From assembly GCA_040954595.2 (NCBI GenBank), contig CM082577.2:19442303-19506302 (forward strand): a DNA stretch of 64,000 bases, in the 5' to 3' direction. Positions 54,005 through 64,000 of this stretch are shown one piece after another. The notes under the pieces are model-generated. The model ran no database searches. It saw nothing but the letters and a program-made list of their open reading frames with translations, and was not told where the DNA came from. The stretch comes from Balanoglossus misakiensis (Eukaryota > Animalia > Hemichordata). Each line of letters begins with the position of its first letter. The stretch's first letter is position 1. Made by a program: the position numbers and the translations under genes.

Positions 54005-54079
54005 TAGTTATCCAATTCTTTTATAACAATGTTGTCAGGTCTGAATGTGAAACTTGTGTACAACTTGTACTTATCTTAC

Positions 54080-54138
54080 CTTGGAGCTGCTTACAAGAAG
54101 CAAGCCATCTTTAAACACATCCAATGATAAGACAATGT
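54080..54138 (-). CDS. TBL3: TBL3 exon (DIVLSLDVFKDGLLLVSSSK)
   Basis: Manual translation; matches DIVLALDVFRKGWLFASCAK; CAG/GTAAG boundaries. Confidence 0.93.
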
Positions 54139-54960
54139 CTGTGAACAAATTTGCAAAATATAATATTTGTGAGGGTCGTGTGGTAAGAGTTGAAACATTA
54201 CAGGCTTAATTACCACAAGCAAGTCACATAGAGTCCATGTATTCCAAGTCATTCATATTTTACGGCTTTCAAAATTGAAGTTTATTTCTAAACTAATTTC
54301 TGTAACATTAGAATACTTACCCACCAAACTTTCGGGAATTAATACCTCAGGCTCCGTTAATTGCAAGATTAGAACTTTTAGCCTAGACTATCCTGTGACC
54401 TGGGTCACAGGACCCCCTAGCTCCTCAGTTTATACTCCGCCAGAGACTGCATGAATGCGCTCTTTAGAGTACGACAGCTAGAGAATGATAATTCCACAAA
54501 CAAAAAACCCAGATAACCGCCAGGTGCCAAAAGCAAACAAGAACGGTGATCCATATGTTCGTAGAAACAATAATACACCCACCAAAAAACTAACAGTCAA
54601 AAATAGCCCACAGGGTCCTGTCTGTCAACGGATCTCCTAAACTGGCCGTAATAGACAGGTGGTCTAAATAGACAAGTCAATAAATGCACATGTAATTGCA
54701 TAGGCAGACAAAAAACAAAGTGACCATAATATAGAGGAGATCACTCCTATAGAGGTGGTCACCAACACAGGCTTGACCGTTAAGTAATAACATAGACATA
54801 CTGTCTATGGTAATAATACGTCCCCAGGTAAAATAAAATATCCGAACAATACCTGGTGGGGAGTACAGGTGGTCACCAACACAGGTTTGACCGTAAGTAA
54901 CAATACGTCCCCAGGTACAATAAATATTCAGACAACACCTAGTGGGGAGGCGGGTGGGAA

Positions 54961-55051
54961 TGGTGGGTAAGTATTCTAATGTTACAGAAATTAGTTTAGA
55001 AATAAACTTCAATTCTGTACATTGAATACTTACCCACCAAACTTTCGGGAA
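54961..55051. repeat. DIRS internal complementary region (ICR)
   Basis: First half is the reverse complement of the left terminus (AATTGAAGTTTATTTCTAAAC...), second half of the right terminus (...GTATTCAATGTACAGAAT). Confidence 0.95.
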
Positions 55052-55095
55052 AATAACAGAATCCGACAGACCTTCGGAGGTGGGGAATCCATTAT

Positions 55096-56170
55096 TTATT
55101 TACCAGGAATGACAACCTGCTGGCCAACGGAAATCGGACCAAGGGAAAACAAACCGTCCGATTCTGAAGCCATATCCCGAAGATAAAAACTGACAAAAGA
55201 ATTAGGTGAGCGCCATGTACCTGCACGAAGGACATCGTCAGCAGGAACACCAGCTGAATACACCAGTGAAGCAGAGATAGCCCTAACCTCATGGGCTGTC
55301 ACTCTGGTAAGGCGACGGTCAGTTTCTGAACTCTCATCATAAGTCCAACGAACCGTTTTAGTAAGCCAACTAGAAATGGTGGACTTGGAAATATCCTTTT
55401 TTGGAGTGGGGGAATAGGTAGAAAAAGTCTAGTCCTACCCGCACGAAAGGACTCGGTTCGTTTCAAGTACCAACGAAGGCAACGTACCGGACATAAAAAA
55501 CGCTCTTGTGGATCTGGCCCTGTCAGGGAGTCAAGAGCTTTAATGGAAAAAGGAGTGGCTACAGAACCAAGCACCTGGGTCTTAGCCAAAAAACCTGGCC
55601 TAGTACGTAAGACTGCCTCCGTCTTACTAATAGTCAACAAGCCATCAGTGGCACCAAAAGCATGAATCTCGCTTCTGCGACTGCCAGATGCCAACGCTAC
55701 AAGAAAGACAGTTTTAAGGGTAAGTGCCTTTAAACTGATAGAAGCTAATGGTTCAAAAGGAGGTTGTTGTAACCCGCTTAGAACCAAGGACAAACTCCAT
55801 TGAGGGACCAACCGCCTCGACGGGGGTCTCTCAATCTTGAAATTCTTGAGCATTGCAGATAAAGCTGCATTGTGACTAAAATCAGGACCCCCGACACTTC
55901 TGATCGTCGCTGCAATAGCGGTACGATAAACAGTCAAAGTGCTTGGGGAGAATTTCTTAACATTATGTAAGAATAAAAAGAATTCCGCTAGTTGGTTAAC
56001 AGAAATTGTGAGTGGATCAACAGTCCGTTTATCACACCAATCACAGAATTTTGTCCACTTGTCCTCATAAGTTGCCAAGGTGCTGGCTCTCTGAGGTCTA
56101 GCGATGGTGGCGGCAGCTGTCTCAGAAAATCCGCTCGCAATGAGGGATTGCTCGACAACTTGAACGCGTG
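55096..56170 (-). pseudogene. DIRS tyrosine recombinase domain (ORF3 C-terminal part), frameshifted near 55400-55412
   Basis: LASGSRRSEI (R), LCPVRCL, AHEVR (HxxR), GTW..PNSF..FY (catalytic Y); last part continues in the frame of ORF 55096..55302. Confidence 0.92.
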
Positions 56171-58200
56171 AAGTCTGAACACGCTTGGGTCGGGATGAAT
56201 CAGTTGAGGACCCTGGGACAGTAGATCCTCGCGGAGAGGTAACTCCAGAGGTCGATCTATCATTAAGTCCAGTAGCATCGGATACCATGAGCGCTTCGGC
56301 CAGACCGGTGCTATTAGAATCACAGTTGTTTCCTCGTCCACTATTTTCCTTAAGACTAGTGGTAAGAGAGGCAGTGGTGGGAACGCGTACAGAAGTAGGC
56401 TTTTCCACGACATCGACAATGCGTCGACGGCTAGAGCTCTGCTGTCTGGGACTGGCGACACAAACCGAGGCAGTTTGCGGTTCTGAAACGTCGCAAACAA
56501 GTCCACCATGGGAGTTCCCCATTTCGCAAAAACCTGATTGGCTATTTCTTGGGGAATCTCCCACTCCGTCGGGACCACCTTGCGGTCTCGTGACAGCGCG
56601 TCGGCAACGTGATTCCGTTTGCCGGGCAGATGACGGGCTCGAAGGAGAATCTTGTGGTTCTTGCACCACATGAACAATTCCCAAGTCAGGTAACACAGGG
56701 TTGGGGATCTGGTCCCCCCCCCCATTTTGTTTATATAAGCCACCACTGTAGCATTGTCTGAATTGACCAGAACATGCTGGTTGGTGACCGACCGCTGAAA
56801 ACATTTGAGAGCCAGAAACACAGCTTGGAGTTCCAACCAATTGATGTGATGCTCTTGTTGGTCGACTGACAAACTGCCCGATGCAGTCAGTTCGTCCAGA
56901 TGCGCTCCCCAACCTGTTGTTGAAGCATCCGTGAACAGAAACTGAGTGGGCGGTGGTACCCGTAGGGGAACACCTTTCAGCAGATTCTCTGTGTTTAGCC
57001 ACCACCATAGGTGGACACGGAGAGCCGGTCGTACATGAATAATGTGATCTATCGGCTGTCGAGATGGCCGCCAAAGGGCCAGTAAGTACAGCTGAATTGG
57101 TCGAAGACGCAGGCGTGCCCAGGGAATGATAGCCAACATAGACACCATCACCCCGATAGCTTCCAACAGGAGCCTGACCGGGATAGATGTGCGAGACAGG
57201 ATTGAGTTGATGACAGCCAAAAGTCTGTCCACTCGATCTGGGGTAGGGCAAACAATTCCTGCGTGTGTCATAAGTCTCATCCCAACAAATACCATGTCTT
57301 GTGATGGGGTGAGGGCTGACTTCTCCAGACTCGGAATAAGGCCGAGGCTGGAGACTGGACCAAGCTAGAAAGACATGCTTCTCGAGTACGTCTCTTCTTA
57401 GATTGGGTAGCAGCCAATCGTCGAGATACGGATGCGTTCTGACAGATTGGCGATGAAGAAACCCTACTAGCTCTAACACTACTCTGGTAAACACGCGAGG
57501 TGCTGACGCTAGGCCGAACGGAAGAGCCGTGTATTCGTAAACGATTCCGTTTACTGAAAACCGGAAGTATTTTCTGAAATCCTCGTGGATCGCGATATGA
57601 AAGTACGCGTCCTTGAGATCTATGGAAACCATCCAATCGCCGGGTTGTACCGCGGCCAGTATGGACCGTGTGGTTTCCATTGAAAAAGATTCTATGCGGA
57701 GAAACCGGTTTAAAGGTCTTAGATTTAGAATCGGCCGCCACCCCCCTGTCTTTTTGGGAACGAGAAACAAGTGGTTGTAAAATCCCGGTCCGTCTATAGA
57801 CGGGTTTACAATCCGTACCGCATTTTTTGATAACAGCCCTTGCACTGCCTCGGCAATTGCCGACGTGCGTGGCCCTGCCCGATTGGCAAAACGCGGTGGG
57901 TCCCAAGATAATGGAGGATCGGTCAGAAACTCTGGTTTGAACCCGTTTCGAACGACTGACAACACCCATTGGTCGTCTGTCACTTTCTGCCATTCGTTGG
58001 CGAAGTGACGAAGGCGCCCTCCCACTTGAATGTCCGGTGATGGAATGGGAGGTAGCGATATTGGGTAGTCAGGAGCGCTGACCTTTCTGGCCAGACGTTG
58101 TAGGTGTCGAAGTAGGAAATGCCCTTTTCGGCTTACTTCGAATGCCTTTGTTGTAGGGTTGGGCACGAGGTTTATATGACTTAGACTGTGCCTTACCCCC
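55988..58200 (-). pseudogene. DIRS pol ORF2 (RT, RNase H, Dam-like methyltransferase domain), frameshifted near 57348
   Basis: IDLKDAY, LPFGLASAP, YLDD; LFTDAS..GWG, HINWLEL, SDN, N..ADALSR; DLFAT and YAFPP motifs; start approximate. Confidence 0.93.
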
Positions 58201-60546
58201 GGCTTTAGGCTTTTTGGAGGACTGCTTGGGGCGATTTGTATTCGCGCCTGTGTCCTGCCCTTTCTGTCCGTTTCGTCCAAATAGCCAAGCGTTACTCTGA
58301 ACGGCTTTAGTGGCTTCCTTGGCGAAACCGGCTAATTTGCCAGCAAACAGAGCTTTAGGGTCCAATGGCACCACACGTGCTTTGGCTTTAAGCTCATCGG
58401 TTAATTGAACGGAGGGGCGATTGAGAAACGCATCTCGTTCCAATAATTGAAGCATGGCATGACTACGAACGGAAAACTCGAGACTATGCACTAGGGTATT
58501 ACCGATAGCTCGAGTTAAGTCCGCAAACTGGCTGGGGTGCTCAGGGGACTCTGCGATGCGCACTAATTGTGCCACGAACCAGTCCAAATGAGAAATTGTC
58601 CGCACCGTTGCATTAACAGACTGTCCAAGGATCCGCAATGCCGTGCGGTCAATTGGGACAGTTTTAAATGCTCCAGCTTGATTATCCACTTTGACGGCAT
58701 CCTCATCTAATTTAGGGAGGCCAGCCGAAAACAATGAGTCATGCGTCTTATATCGCTTGTTGCGCAACAGACTGGATGCTGCCGGTAGTCTACCGATAGG
58801 TAATGGCAGCGTGTTGGGGCTAGTTCCTGCTATCTCTCGCTGTACTCTCTCTATGGTGGTACTCAGTGCAAGAGAATTAGGCAGTGAACGGAGATCGGTC
58901 TGTTTCTTTGTTGGATCGACAAACGCCAACACATGAGATTCAGGCCGAGGAGGTAGTGGAGGGGGAGGGCATTCCTCCCCGAACGTCTCATAAACATACC
59001 CATAGCAACGGTGGAAATAACTGTCTGACTTTCTTGACCCAGTATCTCCAATGTTGGACTGTGTGTCATAACTGTCGACTTCCTGTTGTGTTGACCTAGC
59101 TTCGCTGGCAACCGACTGGATAGCGACCGCGTCTGACTCATTACCCTCCAACTCGCGGTCCTCGGAGGGAGCGCGTACGGAAAGGGAGTCAGGGTCGACG
59201 ACATTACGGCGAGAGGGGGAGACTGACGATTCAATATCGTCATCATCATCCTCACTGGACGCCAGAGAAGCATAACGCTGAAGTGCGTCGCGAGACTGAG
59301 ACGTATGTTTCTTAGCAACGGCGCGTGCAACCTGATAATCGGATCTATCCGCTGAAGGTTGTCCTGCCGAAACAGTATGTACACTATGTGTCGACTGGCT
59401 TGACCCGTTGCTAGGGGCGCCAGGACGACTAACACTAGCAGAAGGGACGTGTGCGCGTTAGCCGCTATGTCCTATGCTCGCTGAGGCAGAACGATGAGTC
59501 TGCCGAGAGGTAGGCCTTCCCGTCGAAGACGGCTGACTTTGCAGTGGTACAGTCCCAATCTGGTCTGGGGTTCCCATAGGAAGCCCTGTTGCCATGGGGA
59601 TAGGCTGCTGAAACCCTGGTTGCGTAACGTTCGACTCATTTGGAGGGCGGTACGACATTTGTTGTCCTGAGACATAAGGGTTAGGGTAATTCCAAACCGG
59701 GGGCTGATAATACATACCCGGATGGAACACCTGGGGATAATTTCCATACGGCTGAAAAGTGCCGGATTGTTGGAAATCCCTCTGAAAATTGCCCTGAGTA
59801 GGTATACCATGAGAAAACATCGAACCTTGGTACCGTATAGGGTATTGGTTGACGTTAGGATAACCTGGAAATACCTCAGCTGGGGCAGGCCCTGTTTGAA
59901 CTGCTCCAGTGTGTTGCTGAAAAGGTCCCCCGAAAACCTGATTATTTGTCACAGTACGTGTCGGTTCGGGTGCCCTAGCAACGGAAGCAGATTGCGCGGG
60001 AACGGAATTGCTACTTTGTACGCAAGTGATTCCGTTTGGCGCGAAAATATCATGGGCAGATTGCACGGGAACGGAATTGCTACTTTGTACGCAAGTGATT
60101 CCGTTTGGCGCGAAAATATCACGGGCAGAAACCACGGGAGAAGACAACTGAGTTGTCTCACCGGGGTTAATAAACCCTTCGGAAAATTCCGATAGTGGTC
60201 TAGCATCACTTACCGTATGACGGGAAGGCAATACGTCCGTTTTCTTAGGAGTTTGCCTGCCCTGTATGGCACTAATTTCAGTGTTGGTATTGTCGGCCGA
60301 ATGAGCACGATCGTGACCAACGCCTCGCAAGTCAGAGATTGACAATGACGGGCCAGCCTCGGGGATGTCCGCGGTGGCAACGTCGAGCGAGGGGGCGAAA
60401 TTAGACCAATCTTTCTGTGTCCACGAAGAGCAAATGTCACAAGGCTGAGCCTGTTTGCATGCTCGGCAAAAGGAACACAGACGATGCTTATCTAGCAGTG
60501 AGAACTGCTGACCACAATCACACGTTCGATTCGAATGAGAAGCCAT
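58069..60546 (-). pseudogene. DIRS gag-like ORF1 (~825 codons) with one in-frame TAA at 59458-59460
   Basis: MASHSNRTCDCG...CSFCRAC...CDIC Cys-rich N-terminus; track ORFs 59458..60786 and 58069..59151 are in the same frame and the linker reads open. Confidence 0.85.
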
Positions 60547-61238
60547 GATCGGCAAGGAATCGGAACGAGTGATGAACAAAATAACAATAAAATATTCAAG
60601 AAACACTGAAAACGGTCTATGAATACTAGAGAAACCTCTATAAGCAACCGTAAACAAACTCGGTCGACGTGAAAAACGCGCCGAGTGGAAAAAACAACGT
60701 ATATAGCGTCTAAGCAAGCTGCGTGTACCGCTGAAATAATCACACGCGGACACGGCAAAAAAGTCCAAAAAATCGTTGAAAGACAAAAATTAGCGGAATC
60801 GCTAACAGAGATCAACGAAATATGATATCCAACAAGGGAAAAATCACTTAGCTGTCGATCCTAGAGCAGAAAAAGCAGCCGCGACGAAGGAACTTGCACG
60901 GAGCGGAGAACAGAGATGTCCGATGCAGTCTCTGCAAGGTATTAAACTGAGGAGCTAGGGGGTCCTGTGACCCAGGTCACAGGATAGTCTAGGCTAAAAG
61001 TTCTAATCTTGCAATTAACGGAGCCTGAGGTATTAATTCCCGAAAGTTTGGTGGGTAAGTATTCAATGTACAGAATAGTTTTTGTCCAGTCAGGATTTTT
61101 GTGTGTCAACAATACTATTGTCCAGCTGTAACTGAGTACTTTTCCTTTTACAATTGTTTTTTTTCTTAAATGTGCATTCTTGGGCAACATAGCATGATGT
61201 CTTCCCAGTCTTGCCGATTGTACAGAAAAACTACTCAC

Positions 61239-61380
61239 CCGAATGTCCTGTCAAGATCTGACAGTTCATAGTTGTAAGTTCAAATATACGAATCTGTTCG
61301 CTGTTTGTTGCCACAGCAATATGAGTCTCTTTCTCTCCCATAAACTTAATGTCAAGTATTTCATCATTGTAACCCACAAA
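61239..61380 (-). CDS. TBL3: TBL3 exon (FVGYNDEILDIKFMG...QILTGHS)
   Basis: Matches FAGYSEEVLDVRFLG...QILHGHT; CAG acceptor, GTGAGT donor, phase 1 joins the next exon. Confidence 0.95.
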
Positions 61381-61445
61381 CTGTAATGAACAATGCAAAG
61401 ACAATACATGACACATACCGGTATTGTGAAAGCCACTATGACAGA

Positions 61446-61617
61446 ACTTCATGAACTCTGCGCCCGATCTGTGTCATATGGAATTCTGTTCACAAGTGAT
61501 GCCGTGTATCCTGCGCCATACTTTCACAAGCGTAGCGAAAGTATAGCAGAATACTCCGTATCACAAGTGAAAATAACTACCTTACGGCACAGATCGTGCG
61601 CAGAGGTCATGGAGTTT
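61446..61617. repeat. Long imperfect palindrome (probable TE terminus)
   Basis: AACTTCATGAACTCTGCGCCCGATCTGTG ... CACAGATCGTGCGCAGAGGTCATGGAGTT. Confidence 0.6.
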
Positions 61618-62574
61618 CGATTGCAGTGTTGTGATTTTAATACAGTGATGCCCCAGAGGCAATGCAACCCAGAGACGGCCGATCATTGGACAAAATGATG
61701 CAACCTCTGTTATGCAAAGTAGGGTCATGTCAGGTCATTTCATCAGTGGTTTAACTCAGGTCGTGAAATCCCATTGTTAATTTTTCAGAAAACTAGCGAT
61801 AGCAAGAGATTTTCGTAATTTTCGAGGTTCCCAAACATACTGACAACTTAATGTTTTGTTATTCTGACAATAGTTTTAATACAAAGGATAATACAACCCA
61901 ATGCTTCAGTGATCATAACCAAGTTCTAGTGTTCTTGGCGTTCAATGTTTAGAAACAGAACGTAGTCACACTTTCTTACTCATTTGCATAAAATGCCATG
62001 AAATACCAAAACATAATTAAATGGACACGTGACTAATTTGCATAGTTATTTCATGGCTTTTAGTAATCTAAATTCACTCTATATGCAAGTGTTGACATGT
62101 TATACGTGGGGTTTGTTGTAAATATCAAGAAAAAAACTAACCAAGTGTATAACAGAACTTGCTTGTCAATAATTTATTCAACAAAACTCCGAAAAATTGA
62201 ATGTTGAAAGGGACTTTTTTTCTTCATTCTCACAGTAATGTGAGGCAATTCTTCGATATCAAATGATGTCAGATGCGTTCAGGCGCTGTTTACATTGGCA
62301 TTCAAATCTCCAGCTGACGGGGAACATCAGGAACATGGTACAGACAACAAGTGTGCAGACGAAGCGCCATGTGGCTGATGAGGCACCATGCCTGATACAT
62401 GTTATATGTCTGGCGGTTTTAAAGTATACCCAGAACATACCCGGAAAAACTTTTACTGGATGCTGGAATAATGTTTGCCCTTCACTATGGCCAGATAACA
62501 TGATTGATATTAAAGAATACCAAAGTTATATAACAGTGAACCACAGAATAAACTGCAGTACATTTGCAATAATT

Positions 62575-63222
62575 AGAGAATAATGTACGCCCCAAAGACC
62601 CATAGTGGACGAAAGCACACATTGTGCGACATAATGTACAAGGCGAAAGACGCACACTTCATGGAGTACAATGTGTGCTTGAGTCCATTATAGGTCTTTG
62701 GAGCGTACATGATTCTTATTATTTTATAGTTTTGTCAATGCCAGTGAATTTGAATTTCAAAAATCTTTAAAATACAATAGGTGCGAAAAACTCAGACTCG
62801 GTCACGGAGATCGAAAACGGAGCAATGGCGTTAACAACGGATCAGGGGATCACGGTCAATTGGTGTACTTTTCATTTCTGGCATTCTATTCAAACATCAG
62901 GAAATAAATAATGAAGGTTTATTAACGCATGTGAAAATTCATTTAAGGGTTCTGCTGAAAAATATAGTTTCGATTTATGTGAAATCTTGTTGAGGATTCG
63001 GGGAATATTTGTTTTTGTTTGCGTTCTCAGGAAAGTTCACGTATACGGGCGCTCGGAAGGTTGCAATACATAAACAAACTCGCCCTTCTCCGTACAGCGT
63101 AGACAACATGACAGTGACACTTGCAGCATAACTTTTTTACGTATAGTTTCGTTGACATGACTTCCTGGTACATGGTACACAGTATGTATGATGAACGAAT
63201 GTCAAATCCAGCATCTAAGGTC
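62575..63222. mobile_element. Palindrome-ended element; inverted copy at ~930-3490 is split by HINE insertions
   Basis: Palindrome 62581-62715; reverse-complement matches to 3190-3485 and 932-1015. Confidence 0.7.
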
Positions 63223-63420
63223 ATTTTACACAGTCACATTTTGTAGGGGCTCTGCCTTACTGAAGACAAATTAACACCTGAAAGAAGCAGACTTTGATCC
63301 TGCTTATATCCATGTTTTTTCTTCTGTTATACCAAAATGCTAATGTCTCAATGTGGAAATATGAAGATGCATTATAAAGTAATCAAAGGACTGTTTTGCA
63401 AACTGATGTTGTTCTCTTAC

Positions 63421-63632
63421 CTGTTTGAGTAACTCAAATCTTTCAGCTTTATACAGTATTATGTTGTGATCAAATGTTACCACGATGATGGCATCCAAAG
63501 CTTCACACATCTGTAAGTTAATAATATTGGTGGTTGGCTGCCCATCCCCAATAGCTGAGGATTTCTTTGTGACACTGTTCTCTTGTGTGTACACACACTG
63601 GCCACTTCTACTGTTCCAGACTCTCAACAAAC
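63421..63632 (-). CDS. TBL3: TBL3/UTP13 internal exon (GLLRVWNSRSGQCVYTQ...DHNIILYKAERFELLKQ)
   Basis: Matches recalled TBL3 segment GTLRVWEAASGQCVYTQ...DHNLLLYEARSLRLQKQ; AG acceptor at 63634-63633, GT donor at 63420-63419. Confidence 0.93.
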
Positions 63633-64000
63633 CTTTTAAGATACACAAAAAAGTACAGATAAATATCAACGACTTAAAGGCACATAAGCAGGAACTTTCG
63701 GGATAATTATCATAATTTTTGTTTCAAACTGTACTGCCATTAGTCAATGCAGATGAAGGCATTGAACTATACACAAGCATTATAAGCCCTAAATATGAGT
63801 GCATATGCAAGTTTTAACCAGATAAATAATACAGCTTTGCTGCAAGCGAATATGGCCGTCACCGTGGGAAAATGCAAGAAACAATGAAAACGTTGCATTT
63901 CCGGTTATGAAACTTCATAAACAAAACATGATCTCATCCACTTGAGCTCATGGAAGTAAATGTACTCCGCTGAGACATTACATTTTCATTGCAATATTGC

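Larger units (their letters stand above)
54273..61076 (-). mobile_element. DIRS1-type tyrosine-recombinase retrotransposon, structurally full length, in a TBL3 intron
   Basis: Inverted terminal repeats (54311-54432 vs 60943-61064), ICR at 54961-55051, AAT trinucleotide at both ends, gag + RT/RNaseH/MT + YR ORFs. Confidence 0.96.

Noticed and set aside
54170-54210. tRNA/SINE A-box-like sequence
   Set aside because: No B box or cloverleaf could be built
55395-55412. Programmed -1 frameshift in the YR
   Set aside because: The A-run is not phased as X XXY YYZ in the incoming frame; a homopolymer indel is simpler
56185-56673. 162-aa antisense ORF within DIRS pol
   Set aside because: No motifs; an expected by-product of GC-rich dual-coding sequence
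55299-58280. 993-aa ORF as a novel natural RT-tyrosine recombinase fusion
   Set aside because: Created by a 2-nt deletion near 57348; the second copy shows RT continuing in the RNase H frame
62374-62400. Possible hammerhead ribozyme (CTGATGAG + short stem)
   Set aside because: The required GAAA after stem II is missing

Overview
Eukaryotic (metazoan, probably marine invertebrate; inferred) genomic DNA. The minus strand carries 12 internal coding exons of a TBL3/UTP13 orthologue (WD40 + Utp13 domain, SSU processome). All have GT-AG boundaries with compatible phases. The 5' exons lie beyond 64000 and no final exon was found below 3939. The introns are packed with nested mobile elements: (1) a structurally complete 6.8-kb DIRS1-type tyrosine-recombinase retrotransposon (ITRs, ICR, gag, RT-RNaseH-MT, YR) with three coding lesions, plus a deleted second copy; (2) a Crypton-type YR pseudogene and many non-coding elements with ~100-170 bp terminal palindromes; (3) at least four families of Helentron-like non-autonomous elements (HINEs), including head-to-tail concatemers with a ~240-bp internal satellite rich in DR1 (AGGTCAAAGGTCA) motifs; (4) a possible decayed Rep/PIF1 helicase relic; (5) Tc1/IS630, pogo, Harbinger, MULE-, Kolobok-, Academ- and P-like elements, including a 26-bp P-type footprint. 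Family assignments come from manual motif and structure reading; no database searches were run.
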